A stretch of 64,000 nt of DNA from an uncultured virus (IMG/VR IMGVR_UViG_3300021961_000061) (IMGVR_UViG_3300021961_000061), one strand, 5' to 3'; numbered from the stretch's first letter, positions 19,908 through 30,163 are shown. The notes: a model not told the origin generated them from the sequence alone. Numbers and translations: made by a program.

Positions 19908-21746
19908 TTAAGAAAAAGATACTGTTTGTAGGTTCTTGACTCTTACAACAATATCCTTTTGTGGATACCTAACTTGGTAAACTTGGTTCGGTTCTGCAAA
20001 AATGGTATCGTCCACAGGACGGATAATTCTAAACTCAGGGTCCGAATATGGCATCGAGGTTTCCGAAGAGGAATACTGACCACCAACTTTATTATCGATA
20101 ATGATATCCGAAACAGTAATGACACCTGTAGTATTTTGAACTATGGTTCTTAACTGTGATAAATAAACATTTTGTCCAAGTTCTCTCAATAAAGGATTAA
20201 AATAATCAGAAATTCTATTAACAATTTCAGAGACAACCTGTCCTGAATTTTGTGTAGTATCCAACACTACAGAAACATCGACACCTAAGTCAATCACATT
20301 TGCTGTGGTAATTTGAATGTAATCATTAATCATTCGATAATTTGACAAGTAATTAGCAACATTTTGTTTAAGAGTATTTGAAACAATGTTGGTTAATTTA
20401 CCTGAAGTATCGTAAGACAATAAGTTGATTAAAATTTTGTTATTATTTTCAGTAATCGAAACCTTTGCAGGTGCACCGAACTGACTTGGCATGTTTCTCA
20501 AAATAGATTCATAATCATTAACTGTAACCGCTCTTTTCTGAGCACTAAAGTTAAATGTTACATAGTTTCTTACCTCGTCTGTTGTAGGGACATTAGCCCC
20601 ACCGATTGCCGCGGTTGGGTTGTTACATCTCAATGAGTTGATTACTGAACTATTAATAGTTTGTGAAGGTCCATTAACAAAGAATGAAACAGTCCCAATT
20701 TGGTTGATAACATTTGTTCCGAGGTTAGTACCCAAACCACCACCTATTCTGTATTGAACAAATAGTGTAGAGTTGGGTGCTAAAGTGGAACCCAATGAGA
20801 AGTTATTACTTAATGATTGGATGTTAATAGGTGTACCTAAATTAGTGAATGCGTTCAATTGGTCTTGAGCGGAAGTAGTTCCTCCACCGAAAGTCATTTT
20901 GGTAAATCCTTCAGGAGTATACTCTGAAATAAACCTATTATTGGTTTGTACATATCTTCCTACTTTCAAACCAGGCTGGTCAGAAACTTTGGTGGGGTCT
21001 TCGATGAATACTCTGTCCTCAGCCAAGGCATCTACTTCCAACCATCTATTGTCCAAACCTAAAAATTCAGATGCTGTAGGTACATTAGTGTAATTAGTCC
21101 CTTGTTTCAAAAGAACGCTGGTTATTCCCAATACATTCTTTTCAGGTAAAAACAATTCATAAAATGGTCTTACATCATTGGCATTAATAACTTTCTTGAA
21201 AACTTTTGTTAAACCATTAACAACAAGTTCTCTCTTGGTTATTGTGTAGTTAATAAGGTTACCATTGGCATCAAAATTAGGAATTTTGAGTCTGTTAGGG
21301 TATCCTGAACTATTGTAGGGAGATGCAAAATCTACATCGTTTTGATTTTCAAAAGCAATTCCACCACCGAATACTTGAGAACCACGAGTTAGAATTCCCA
21401 AATATCTTTCATCTTCTTTGTCACCAAAAGCCGGAACTGTAATAGAATAGTCAACAAGGGCAACAGAAGGTCTTTGTCCCGGAATTTTTAAACCATAAGT
21501 TCTGGCAATATTATAAATCGAGGAACGCTGTTGAGCATATTGAAGTACGGTTTCTTGGATACTTCTATCAATATTATAGTGAAGGTTGTCTGCAACCGCC
21601 GCATTCAAATCTAAAAATACCGAAAAAACAGAAGCATCGTTAAAATCCTGAATCAAATCAGGATAATAGTTTCTTACATAATTCTGTAATTCAACTCTAA
21701 TACTCTCGTAATCTCGAGCGGTATATGAAATTCTGTTGTTGGCCAT
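19908..21746 (-). CDS. Baseplate wedge subunit (T4 gp6 / baseplate J-like)
   Basis: 'YTARDYESIRVELQNYVRNYYP', 'AQQRSSIYNIARTYG', 'SAQKRAVTVNDYE' are gp6/J signatures; adjacent to gp25. Confidence 0.85.
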   Translation of the reverse strand: MANNRISYTARDYESIRVELQNYVRNYYPDLIQDFNDASVFSVFLDLNAAVADNLHYNIDRSIQETVLQYAQQRSSIYNIARTYGLKIPGQRPSVALVDYSITVPAFGDKEDERYLGILTRGSQVFGGGIAFENQNDVDFASPYNSSGYPNRLKIPNFDANGNLINYTITKRELVVNGLTKVFKKVINANDVRPFYELFLPEKNVLGITSVLLKQGTNYTNVPTASEFLGLDNRWLEVDALAEDRVFIEDPTKVSDQPGLKVGRYVQTNNRFISEYTPEGFTKMTFGGGTTSAQDQLNAFTNLGTPINIQSLSNNFSLGSTLAPNSTLFVQYRIGGGLGTNLGTNVINQIGTVSFFVNGPSQTINSSVINSLRCNNPTAAIGGANVPTTDEVRNYVTFNFSAQKRAVTVNDYESILRNMPSQFGAPAKVSITENNNKILINLLSYDTSGKLTNIVSNTLKQNVANYLSNYRMINDYIQITTANVIDLGVDVSVVLDTTQNSGQVVSEIVNRISDYFNPLLRELGQNVYLSQLRTIVQNTTGVITVSDIIIDNKVGGQYSSSETSMPYSDPEFRIIRPVDDTIFAEPNQVYQVRYPQKDIVVRVKNLQTVSFS

Positions 21747-21752
21747 ATATTG

Positions 21753-22223
21753 TTAAATATTTAATATGATGAAATCACTCTGTGCAAAAGTTGAGTTATC
21801 TACCGCATAATCTATTTTTACTTTTGCTGTATACTCTGAGGTCCCCTTACCAGGAACTTTATAAATGTATTGATTTGATTCATAAGGAATCGATTTACCT
21901 CTCGCCAATTCAACCTCCTCCGCAGGGTCTGCTGGTTCTATCGTAATATTATTGATAAGTAAATTGGGCATGTACCTTGACACACTGTCTCGTATGTCTG
22001 ACTCAATTGCGTCAAAAGTAAGACCATCAAAGGGTTCGAATAGATATTCATACAATCTGGTTCCAAAATCAGGTAAGTAATATCGGGAACCTTTTTTTGT
22101 TAATAAAAGATGAATCAAATCACTTCGTATTTGTTGGAATTGGGTTTCTGTCAATAACAAATAGTCCCCTCGTGTCGAATCTTCAAAAGGGAATACGAGA
22201 CCATAAGTAACTCCATCTGCCAT
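21753..22223 (-). CDS. Baseplate wedge/sheath initiator protein (T4 gp25 / gpW-like)
   Basis: 'IRSDLIHLLLTKKGSRYYLPDFGTRLYEYLFEP' is the GPW_gp25 signature. Confidence 0.9.
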   Translation of the reverse strand: MADGVTYGLVFPFEDSTRGDYLLLTETQFQQIRSDLIHLLLTKKGSRYYLPDFGTRLYEYLFEPFDGLTFDAIESDIRDSVSRYMPNLLINNITIEPADPAEEVELARGKSIPYESNQYIYKVPGKGTSEYTAKVKIDYAVDNSTFAQSDFIILNI

Positions 22224-22227
22224 ATCA

Positions 22228-22235
22228 GATAAATA
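22228..22235 (-). promoter_or_regulatory. Putative late-gene motif TATTTATC
   Basis: 4 nt upstream of the gp25 ATG, just downstream of the nrdA terminator. Confidence 0.55.
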
Positions 22236-22260
22236 TAACTTTCATTTATTTTTAAGAAAC

Positions 22261-22293
22261 AAAAAAACCCATCAAATAAAATGACGGGTTTTT
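22261..22293 (-). terminator. Rho-independent terminator after nrdA
   Basis: Minus strand reads AAAAACCCGTCA-TTTTATT-TGATGGGTTTTTTT. Confidence 0.75.
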
Positions 22294-22319
22294 CATACAT
22301 TAAGTATCTAATTTAAACT

Positions 22320-24026
22320 TTATGCCTCACAAGCCACACATTGAAGGTCATTCAAGTTCAATTTCTTCCGAGCGAAAGCCTGTGCTGAATTCATTGAGTG
22401 TTGGTAGTATAGAGTTTTTACACCCAACTGCCAAGCATCTATCAACAATTTATTAACATCCTTTGTAGGCATCTCAGGAGAAATCATCAAGTTTAAAGAT
22501 TGTGCTTGGTCGATATAATCTTGACGAACAGCCGCTTGGTTGATAATTGAGGATTGGTTAACTTCCGCAAAAGTTCTGAAAACATTCTTTTGTTCTTCAC
22601 TCAAGAACTCAAGGTGCTGGACAGAACCATCATGTTTTTTAATACTGTCCCATGTGGACTTATTGTCCTTACCTAAATCTTGGAGTAGGGTTTTCAACAC
22701 AGGATTCTTGATTGTTACTTTGAGTTTTGCAACATCCTTAACATAACAATTGGACCAAATTGGTTCAATAGACTGAGAAACTTGACCTAAAATAAATGCT
22801 GACGATGTGGTAGGCGCAATTGCATTCAAGGTAACATTTCTTCTACCATATCCAACTAAGGTTTCGGGTTCCCCAAACATTTCTGCAAGTTCTGCAGATG
22901 CCTTGTATGACTTATCTTTAATCAATTTGAATACTTCAACATTTAGTCGAGCAGTCTCTCTACTGTCAAAAGGTAATCCTTTTGATTGAAGGAGTGAGTG
23001 CCACCCTAAAACTCCAAGTCCCAAAGCTCTCTGTCTCTTTGCAAAATTGTAAGCCTTTTCCAAATAGAAGAATGCTCGTTGACCCTCAATGGTTCCGTTA
23101 TTTCTGATGTCCTCAATTTTGTTCAAAAATTCTGTAACAACCGCATCCAAGAAATAAACCATCAATTCAACAGCATCTGTATCTTTCCACTCATCATAAT
23201 GCAAAAGATTCATTGAAGATAAAACACACACGAAAGACTCTTCTTCAGAATTATGAAGTGCAATCTCAGAACATAGGTTTGAATTATAAATTTTCATTCC
23301 TTTATCTTGATACACCTCAGGAGCTTTGTTGTTCATAGTATCGGTGAACATAATATATGGATACCCAATCTCACCTCTTCTTTGAATTACTTTAGCCCAC
23401 ACAGCTCTCTTTTGTTTGTCACCAGCAATCATCTCATTCATGAATTCATCGGTTACAGTGACAGCATGTGTAAGGTCTTGAATTGGGAAACCTTCAGTAC
23501 CAATTTCAAGGAACTCCTTGATGTCGGGGTGCTCGATTGGAAGATATGGAGAGAACCTACCTCTACGAGTTGAACCTTGGGAAATATTATCCACAACACT
23601 CTGGAACAAATTCATAAAGTGAACCGCACCAGGAGCATGTCCATTGTCTGTAATCTCAGCACCTCGTCCTCTAATATTTCCAAAGTAACCAGAGGTACCT
23701 CCACCCATTTTACTCATCTCACCAACTTCTGCTTGAGTGTAAAGAATCGATTCAATGTTGTCACCAACATTTGAACCAAAACAACTTACAGGTAAACCTC
23801 TCTTTTTTCCGAAGTTTGCCCACACAGGTGAAGACAGCGAATACCAACCACGACCCATATAATCGTAAAATTTTTCAGAAAAACCCTCGATTCCCAAGAG
23901 TTTTTCTGCATGGTCGCAAATAGTTTTAATTCTTTCCAAAGGTTCTTCACCTCCACTCAAATATCCTCGACGGAGGAATGTGATTGATTCATCGTTAATC
24001 CAATCAAAGGGTTCTCTAGTATTCAT
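22320..24026 (-). CDS. nrdA: Ribonucleotide reductase class I alpha subunit (no ATP-cone; NrdAi/class Id type)
   Basis: LPVSCF, SNLCSEI, FVCVLSS, AIAPTTSS, KTLYY and C-terminal CVAC motifs; compact 568 aa. Confidence 0.95.
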   Translation of the reverse strand: MNTREPFDWINDESITFLRRGYLSGGEEPLERIKTICDHAEKLLGIEGFSEKFYDYMGRGWYSLSSPVWANFGKKRGLPVSCFGSNVGDNIESILYTQAEVGEMSKMGGGTSGYFGNIRGRGAEITDNGHAPGAVHFMNLFQSVVDNISQGSTRRGRFSPYLPIEHPDIKEFLEIGTEGFPIQDLTHAVTVTDEFMNEMIAGDKQKRAVWAKVIQRRGEIGYPYIMFTDTMNNKAPEVYQDKGMKIYNSNLCSEIALHNSEEESFVCVLSSMNLLHYDEWKDTDAVELMVYFLDAVVTEFLNKIEDIRNNGTIEGQRAFFYLEKAYNFAKRQRALGLGVLGWHSLLQSKGLPFDSRETARLNVEVFKLIKDKSYKASAELAEMFGEPETLVGYGRRNVTLNAIAPTTSSAFILGQVSQSIEPIWSNCYVKDVAKLKVTIKNPVLKTLLQDLGKDNKSTWDSIKKHDGSVQHLEFLSEEQKNVFRTFAEVNQSSIINQAAVRQDYIDQAQSLNLMISPEMPTKDVNKLLIDAWQLGVKTLYYQHSMNSAQAFARKKLNLNDLQCVACEA

Positions 24027-24050
24027 ATATTTTATTTAGTAGTTTTTTTG

Positions 24051-25325
24051 TTAGAATAAATCGTTTAATGTAATTGATTTTGATTTTTTACTGTAATTGA
24101 TACTTCTCTTATTGAAGAAGTCTGTGTGTTTGGTGGTAAGAATTTCATCATCGAACCATTCGGTGGTTTCCAAAACTAAAGGATTAACTTGGAAAACATT
24201 CTCTATTCCGATGGAATTCAAAGATATGTTAAAACGATGTTTGATAAATTCCATGGTCTGCTCTTTGGTTAGAAAGTCCATATCACCCTTTTCGAAAATC
24301 CAATCGACAATTTCACACTCAGCTTCGAAAGCCTCTTTTGTTGCTTCAATCAAATCTTCAATTAGTTCATTGGTCCACCAATCGGGATTTTCTTTTTTGA
24401 TAAGATTTACCAAATCAAACCCGAACTCAGCGTGGATGTTTTCTTCTTTAGAAGTTGCCTCCACAGCATTACTCATACCTTTCAAAACATTTTTGTGTTT
24501 GTTGAATGACATGATTACCAAGAACTGTGAAAAAAGTGATACATTTTCCACAAACATAGAAAACAAAACAACAGATTCAAAGTAGTCTTGATTGTCAATT
24601 GACTTGGTGTTTGAAATTGCCTTTTCCAAGTATTTGATTCTTCTACGAATTGCTGGTACCTCCAACAAATTTTCGAATTCACTGTTCAAACCCAACAACT
24701 GAATGAGGTGTGAATAAGCATCTGCGTGTCTTACTTCAGACTCAGCAAAAGTAGCCCCAACACTTCCGATTTCAGGTTTGGGCATTTTTTTGTAAATGTC
24801 ACCCCAAAAAGTTTTAACCGCGATTTCAATTTGAGAAATTGCCAACATTGCTCTTTGTACAGCAGTTTTTTCTTTTTCATTCAAGTGAACCTTGAAGTCC
24901 TGAATGTCAGAAGTGAAATTAAATTCAGTGTGAACCCAGTAAGAATGACGAATAGCATCTACATACTCAACAAGTTCAGGATACTCATATGGTTTTAAAT
25001 TAACTCTTTTGGTGAAAATATTTGGTTGATGCTTAGAACGATAGATAATATATTCTTTAGCAACATCGTTAAGACCATTGTCCATTAATTTATTTTCTAC
25101 CATGTCGTGAATCTCATCCACATGTGGGATACGATACTTGTCATTTCTGAAAATACTTTTTGTTGTTAATCTTGCAATTTTCTCAGCCATCTCTGTGTCA
25201 ACTTCTCCAACACTTTCCATAGCCTTAATTACCGCTCTTTGAATCTTTTCAGATTCGAAAACCATTTTTTCTCCACTACGCTTTATCACAAAACGAGTTT
25301 CAGTTGAATTTGATTGAATATCCAT
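24051..25325 (-). CDS. nrdB: Ribonucleotide reductase beta subunit with N-terminal ATP-cone (class Id-type)
   Basis: N-terminal 'VIKRSGEKMVFESEKIQRAVIKA...HVDEIHDMVENKLM...AKEYIIYR' ATP-cone; ferritin-like ligands QIEIAVK, ESEVRH, VENVSLF, KEENIH; 'TDFF' tail. Confidence 0.95.
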   Translation of the reverse strand: MDIQSNSTETRFVIKRSGEKMVFESEKIQRAVIKAMESVGEVDTEMAEKIARLTTKSIFRNDKYRIPHVDEIHDMVENKLMDNGLNDVAKEYIIYRSKHQPNIFTKRVNLKPYEYPELVEYVDAIRHSYWVHTEFNFTSDIQDFKVHLNEKEKTAVQRAMLAISQIEIAVKTFWGDIYKKMPKPEIGSVGATFAESEVRHADAYSHLIQLLGLNSEFENLLEVPAIRRRIKYLEKAISNTKSIDNQDYFESVVLFSMFVENVSLFSQFLVIMSFNKHKNVLKGMSNAVEATSKEENIHAEFGFDLVNLIKKENPDWWTNELIEDLIEATKEAFEAECEIVDWIFEKGDMDFLTKEQTMEFIKHRFNISLNSIGIENVFQVNPLVLETTEWFDDEILTTKHTDFFNKRSINYSKKSKSITLNDLF

Positions 25326-25359
25326 TTTTAATTTAATTTATGTTTGTTTATTTAATTGG

Positions 25360-25971
25360 CTATTTCTTATATCCGAATATTTCGAAATCGTGTCTATAAT
25401 ATTCATAAACTTCTTCCCGACTTTCCCCTTCGTAGATATCACTCCAATGAATTTCAATGTCACTACTGTTTTGGTGTTGAAGAGGTAGGTTCATTTTATA
25501 TGGAAGTTGTCTTCTTTGATTCCACCTTTTTTGGTATTCTTTCCAATCATCTTCTAATGATTCATACCTGAGTATATCATCAACAACGATTCTTTTGTTC
25601 ATTGTTACAAACTTATATTGTGGCCAATAATGTTCGTTAGAAAGGTTATTTTGGAGCGATGGTTTGTTCACAGATTGAGCAAATTCATTGAATGCATTCT
25701 TATAATTGTCCATAGAAATAGGACCATTATATGGGAATTGAAATTTGAACGCTGAAAAAAATCTATCGTAAGGATTTCTCACAATACACAAACTATCATA
25801 GTGCATGAGAAGGTCCTCGTCGTTTTCTTCATATTCATCGAAAATTGTTCTATGGTTTTGACCAACACCCTGATAATCAGTTTTATTAGTCAACATCATA
25901 TGAAGACTTGTTGATGCATTTTTAGGGATGCCAACAAAAATTAGTTTCCATTTATGGTATATCATAGACAC
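25360..25971 (-). CDS. Sulfotransferase (Sulfotransfer_2 / carbohydrate sulfotransferase-like)
   Basis: 5'-PSB 'IPKNASTS', 3'-PB 'IVRNPYDRFFSAF', 'HYWPQ', 'RYESLEDD', 'YRHDFEIFGY'. Confidence 0.85.
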   Translation of the reverse strand: MSMIYHKWKLIFVGIPKNASTSLHMMLTNKTDYQGVGQNHRTIFDEYEENDEDLLMHYDSLCIVRNPYDRFFSAFKFQFPYNGPISMDNYKNAFNEFAQSVNKPSLQNNLSNEHYWPQYKFVTMNKRIVVDDILRYESLEDDWKEYQKRWNQRRQLPYKMNLPLQHQNSSDIEIHWSDIYEGESREEVYEYYRHDFEIFGYKK

Positions 25972-25982
25972 TACAGGGGGGA

Positions 25983-27389
25983 TTAAAATGGTGCAGTATT
26001 ATTATTTTCTTCTCGAGCTTTTCTTTTTTCCATGAGCTCTTTGATTCGGTCTTGTTTTCTTTCAACTTGTTGTTCTTCGAACCCTAAGAATGTTATAGAT
26101 GACTCCGTATCAATTATTAAAAGCTCATTGTCGAATTTACAGTTCTCGAAAATAACACCGTCTTGTCCAAGTCGAGATTTCGTAATTGCCATGGTTGCTA
26201 ACTTCATTTCTTTTTGTTGAAGTGTTTTAGCAACTGATATAATCACATGACCCACTTGTGCTTTTTTGATTGACCCCCCCATTTGGTCTGTAGTGACAAC
26301 TTCAGATGAAATGGATGAACGGTTACCTTGTGTTGCTGTCCATCCCGCGATGTTTAGCTCGTGACACATTGCTTCGAAGTGTCTCATAACTGACCCTTCA
26401 GCTTTCCACTCATCATTTTTTAAATTGTCAGGCACCACACAATCAATGTAATCGAGAGTAATCATATCGATTTTGGTTCCATCAGCAATCATTTTTCTGA
26501 CTTGGTTCTTAATTTGTGCCATAGTCATTGTATCTGATGGAAGTTTTTTCAAAATCAACTTGTTGGGCATTGTATTTTGAATCTCTTTTACCTTATCCAT
26601 CACCTCATCTTTTTGAAGTGAAAGGTTGTCGGGTTCAATTCCTGTCCAAATGGTGAAGTGTTTTCTTTGAATGATTTTAGGGTTGTCTTCAAAAAAGATT
26701 TGAAGAACATTATATCCCATTGCAAATGCGGTATTTGCAATCTTTGTCATCAAAGTAGTTTTACCTACACCAGTTGGTGCTAATACAACACCAATTTCTC
26801 CTTTAGCAAGACCCCCTTTGAGGAGTCTGTCAATACCTTCTATCCCCATTGGGATTGGATGTCTGTAATCGTCATTTAAGACATCATCCAGTCCAGTGAA
26901 AACATCGAGTACACCTGTTTCTCTTTCACCTACTTGGAGAGCATCACGAACCATACTTTCGACTTGGTCATAAGATTCAAAGTCCCCGTTTGTGATAATT
27001 TTTTGAGCCTTGTCCATTGCTTTTTGAAGTTCTTGTTGTTTACAGAACTTCAAAGCCTTTTCTTGAACGAAAACCCCACCTTCGAACGGTGCATCTTGTA
27101 CTTGTTTGAGAGTATCCAAAACAATCTTAAGAGCCAACTCCTGAGTAATTTCTGCCTTGGCTATTTGTTCCAAGGTTTCGAAGTTGGGTGTCGATTGGTA
27201 TTTGGAGTAATACTCACGAACCATTTGGACAATCAACTTAAAATATTTGTTGTCAAAATATGATGGTTCTAAGACATCGATGATTGACTGTGCGAATTCT
27301 TTATCAAGGATAATTTGGTTTAAAAGTTGAAGTTGAAATGTGTTTCCGAGATAGTCAAAATTCTTAGTCATAAGTTTGTGTGTATTCAT
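25983..27389 (-). CDS. Replicative DNA helicase (DnaB / T4 gp41-like)
   Basis: Walker A APTGVGKT, 'LDYID', 'TATQGNR', 'KSRLG' (alternative start at 27371). Confidence 0.9.
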   Translation of the reverse strand: MNTHKLMTKNFDYLGNTFQLQLLNQIILDKEFAQSIIDVLEPSYFDNKYFKLIVQMVREYYSKYQSTPNFETLEQIAKAEITQELALKIVLDTLKQVQDAPFEGGVFVQEKALKFCKQQELQKAMDKAQKIITNGDFESYDQVESMVRDALQVGERETGVLDVFTGLDDVLNDDYRHPIPMGIEGIDRLLKGGLAKGEIGVVLAPTGVGKTTLMTKIANTAFAMGYNVLQIFFEDNPKIIQRKHFTIWTGIEPDNLSLQKDEVMDKVKEIQNTMPNKLILKKLPSDTMTMAQIKNQVRKMIADGTKIDMITLDYIDCVVPDNLKNDEWKAEGSVMRHFEAMCHELNIAGWTATQGNRSSISSEVVTTDQMGGSIKKAQVGHVIISVAKTLQQKEMKLATMAITKSRLGQDGVIFENCKFDNELLIIDTESSITFLGFEEQQVERKQDRIKELMEKRKAREENNNTAPF

Positions 27390-27395
27390 TAAATA

Positions 27396-27848
27396 TTACC
27401 GAGAGAGGTCGTATTCAAGATAATCATATGCTAAATTTTCACCTGAAAAAATGTCAGTCAATCCCTTCAAAATATTTTTCAGGCTGGGGCGTACATCAAC
27501 CGTATATCTAACTTTTGGGGGGTACAATTTGGCGTCAAAAATTCTGTGAAAAATTTTATCATCGGCCAATTTGACATACATATTGAAGTACTCTGAGTCA
27601 TCCGTATTCGAGGTGTTCAAAATCTCAGGGTCGAGGTAAATCGCCTCTTGGTTGTCCATCATATACATGACGGTTTTCATTTTCAAGTCATCGATAAAAT
27701 CTTCTTCGACTTGTCTCATAAAGTAAATTAAATCGACAGACCTTCCCGCTTGAGGATTATAGTTTCTGACATTGAAAAACCGTTGTACAACGATGTTATC
27801 ATTCAGAGTAAGTAGGAACTCCATCTTAATAATTGATTCTTCTTTCAT
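27396..27848 (-). CDS. Hypothetical protein in the replication operon
   Basis: 150-aa ORF tightly packed between the exonuclease and helicase genes. Confidence 0.65.
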   Translation of the reverse strand: MKEESIIKMEFLLTLNDNIVVQRFFNVRNYNPQAGRSVDLIYFMRQVEEDFIDDLKMKTVMYMMDNQEAIYLDPEILNTSNTDDSEYFNMYVKLADDKIFHRIFDAKLYPPKVRYTVDVRPSLKNILKGLTDIFSGENLAYDYLEYDLSR

Positions 27849-27850
27849 AA

Positions 27851-28864
27851 TTAATTTGAGTTTGATTGATTAAATTTTCTTTTTTCTTTTCTTGTTAATT
27901 TTAAAAAGGGTTTTAAAAACTCCACAAACGCTTCGTCTGTTTTGGGGAGGTATTTGAAGAAACCATCTTCCATCATCATAGAGATAATATTCTTCCTGTC
28001 TCGACCTTCGGGGTCAAGAGACTCTGAATAATAAAGTTCTATGATTTCTTTGGCTTCTTCTGTAATTAGAGGATTTTTTAAATCCATAATTTTTTGATTC
28101 ACTAAGTAGTATTCATCCCCTAATTCACCATTTTTTGTTAAACCATTCAAAATATTTGTTAGAACCTTGGACTTGTTGTTTTCATTAATTAATTCCTTAG
28201 TTCTTGTTAAAATATGATTAACATTTGTGGTTGTATCAAGTACCTCAGGAAAAAATTTTTCAAAAAATGTTTTTTCTCCCAATCGTTGAATGCCAAATAT
28301 GTTATCACTGTCATCACCCAAAAATATCTTAACAACTAAAACATTTTGGTGAGGCAAATAGTAATTCCCAAACTTCACTTTATCACCATTACGATAAGTG
28401 TATCGTTGAAGGGGGGAATATACATTTGTTGTGGAGTCTATCAGTTGCAACAAATCCTTATCGGATGAGAAAATTGTTTTGTTTTCATCTGATGCAATTT
28501 GACAATAGTAAGCAATTAAATCATCAGACTCATTTCTATCAATTTCAATTTGTCTAACGAAACATTCCTCCAAATAATGTTTTACCCGATTTTTTTGAGA
28601 ATAGTATGACTCGAGTTTTTCCTCGGTCATATCATTTTTGCGATTCAGTTTGTATTGAGGATATAACTCACGGCGATTTGCGGAGTTATGTTGTCCATCC
28701 CAAAAGACGATGACTTTGTCGTACTCGTTGTCGACCAATTGTTTGCGGAGGGTGTTGAGAAAGTGAAAGACTCCCCCAATGTGGTTACCCTCAACAAACA
28801 AGTCTCGGACTCCATGGAATCCGATTTTGAATAAATTATCTCCATCTACAAGTAAGGTTTTCAC
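27851..28864 (-). CDS. 5'-3' exonuclease / flap endonuclease (T4 RNase H, PolA N-terminal-like)
   Basis: 'LLVDGDNL', 'VFWDG', 'YPQYKLNR', 'ESDDLIA', 'SSDKDLLQL', 'GDDSDNIFGIQRLGEKT'; GTG start. Confidence 0.9.
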   Translation of the reverse strand: MKTLLVDGDNLFKIGFHGVRDLFVEGNHIGGVFHFLNTLRKQLVDNEYDKVIVFWDGQHNSANRRELYPQYKLNRKNDMTEEKLESYYSQKNRVKHYLEECFVRQIEIDRNESDDLIAYYCQIASDENKTIFSSDKDLLQLIDSTTNVYSPLQRYTYRNGDKVKFGNYYLPHQNVLVVKIFLGDDSDNIFGIQRLGEKTFFEKFFPEVLDTTTNVNHILTRTKELINENNKSKVLTNILNGLTKNGELGDEYYLVNQKIMDLKNPLITEEAKEIIELYYSESLDPEGRDRKNIISMMMEDGFFKYLPKTDEAFVEFLKPFLKLTRKEKRKFNQSNSN

Positions 28865-28874
28865 AAAGAAGAAA

Positions 28875-29882
28875 TTAGTTGTCCTCTTTTTCTTCTCTCA
28901 ATGTAAAATCACCATCCGTACCGATTATCTCTTTCCAATAATCAGAATACTCTTTTTTATAAGCTTCAATCGACGCTTTTTCTTCAGTTGTATCTTTTCC
29001 TGAAAGGAATCCGTGGGGTGTTACAATGATACGACCATCTTCATAACCTAAACCATTGATGTGGTTTTTCATAACGGAAACTTTGGTTCGACTTGCGAAC
29101 TTAACCGTTCTCTTATCCTTGGTTGCAGTAATCTTAGTTGTACCCGCACCTTTTTGATTTCCAAACAAAAATACCAAGGAGGAATTCAACCAAACCGCTT
29201 CACCACCTTTTGCTTTAATTTTGGGTTGACCAAATGGATTATCAGGAAGTTCAACCCAAGGTTGGTTTACAATAACCAAAGTATTTTCAAACTTTGTTTC
29301 TGCTTTTCTTGAACCTGAAATCCTTTGGTTGATACCCATACCAATTTTATCGGCTAGTGTTGCCGCATTGTGTTGTTTACCACCCTTACCATCAAATGTC
29401 ATCTTTGAGGGAACTGAACCAATCGAATCCCACAAGAAACAAAGTGAGTAATCAAGTTCACCCTTTTCTTGTGCATCCAAAAGTGAATTAATGAAATCTG
29501 TAATTTGTTCGATATAATCAAAGTTATTGTTGAAGATGAAATATCCATCCCAATCGATTTCACCTGTTTCTTGGTCTACAACTTCTTCACACTCAAAACC
29601 CATAAGTCTTGCGTGTTCGAAACTCCATTTTTGTTCAGTGATAATAAAGACGGGTAGAATTTCTTTTTTCTGAGCATCTACCGCAGTCTTAATCAACGCA
29701 GTTGTCTTACCTGTGTCGGAGTGACCGAGAAACATATTAATGTGTCCAAGAGCAGGACCAGGTAGACCTACCGCGTCTAAAAATTCCTCACCCAAATCAA
29801 AAAACCTTTGAGGTTTGTATTTGGCCGAAGTTGAATACTTCTTTTTGAAAGAAGCAAAATCGGTTGTTTTTTTAATTGCCAT
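28875..29882 (-). CDS. uvsX: RecA/UvsX-like recombinase
   Basis: Walker A GHSDTGKT, 'WDSIGS', 'IVNQ', 'GGEA', 'KNH'; likely start MAIKK at 29882. Confidence 0.85.
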   Translation of the reverse strand: MAIKKTTDFASFKKKYSTSAKYKPQRFFDLGEEFLDAVGLPGPALGHINMFLGHSDTGKTTALIKTAVDAQKKEILPVFIITEQKWSFEHARLMGFECEEVVDQETGEIDWDGYFIFNNNFDYIEQITDFINSLLDAQEKGELDYSLCFLWDSIGSVPSKMTFDGKGGKQHNAATLADKIGMGINQRISGSRKAETKFENTLVIVNQPWVELPDNPFGQPKIKAKGGEAVWLNSSLVFLFGNQKGAGTTKITATKDKRTVKFASRTKVSVMKNHINGLGYEDGRIIVTPHGFLSGKDTTEEKASIEAYKKEYSDYWKEIIGTDGDFTLREEKEDN

Positions 29883-30111
29883 TCGAAGTGTTATTATTAT
29901 ACTTCCAAAATTCGGTGAGAGTTTGAAGTTTGTCACTAGCATTCGCCAACTTTTCTACGAATGTGTCCATTTCTTCAAGTATCTGTGGATGCTCACCAAT
30001 CCCCGCAGCATTCTCAAGATATATCATCAAGGTAGCTTCTGCTTCGAGAATTTCAGCCTCATATTTTCTTTTGAGACTGTCTATCATTTTCTGTCTTGTT
30101 TCTTGTGTCAT
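29872..30111 (-). CDS. Small coiled-coil protein with a GIGEHP motif (family seen in T4-like phages)
   Basis: MTQETRQ...YLENAAGIGEHPQILEEMD...; start after the terminator at 30111. Confidence 0.7.
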   Translation of the reverse strand: MTQETRQKMIDSLKRKYEAEILEAEATLMIYLENAAGIGEHPQILEEMDTFVEKLANASDKLQTLTEFWKYNNNTSNGN

Positions 30112-30123
30112 AGTCAAAATATT

Positions 30124-30151
30124 AAAAGGGTGGGAGTAAAGACCCCCACCC
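30124..30151 (-). terminator. Rho-independent terminator after the SSB gene
   Basis: GGGTGGGGGT-CTTT-ACTCCCACCC-TTTT. Confidence 0.7.
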
Positions 30152-30163
30152 ATCTAACTTAAA

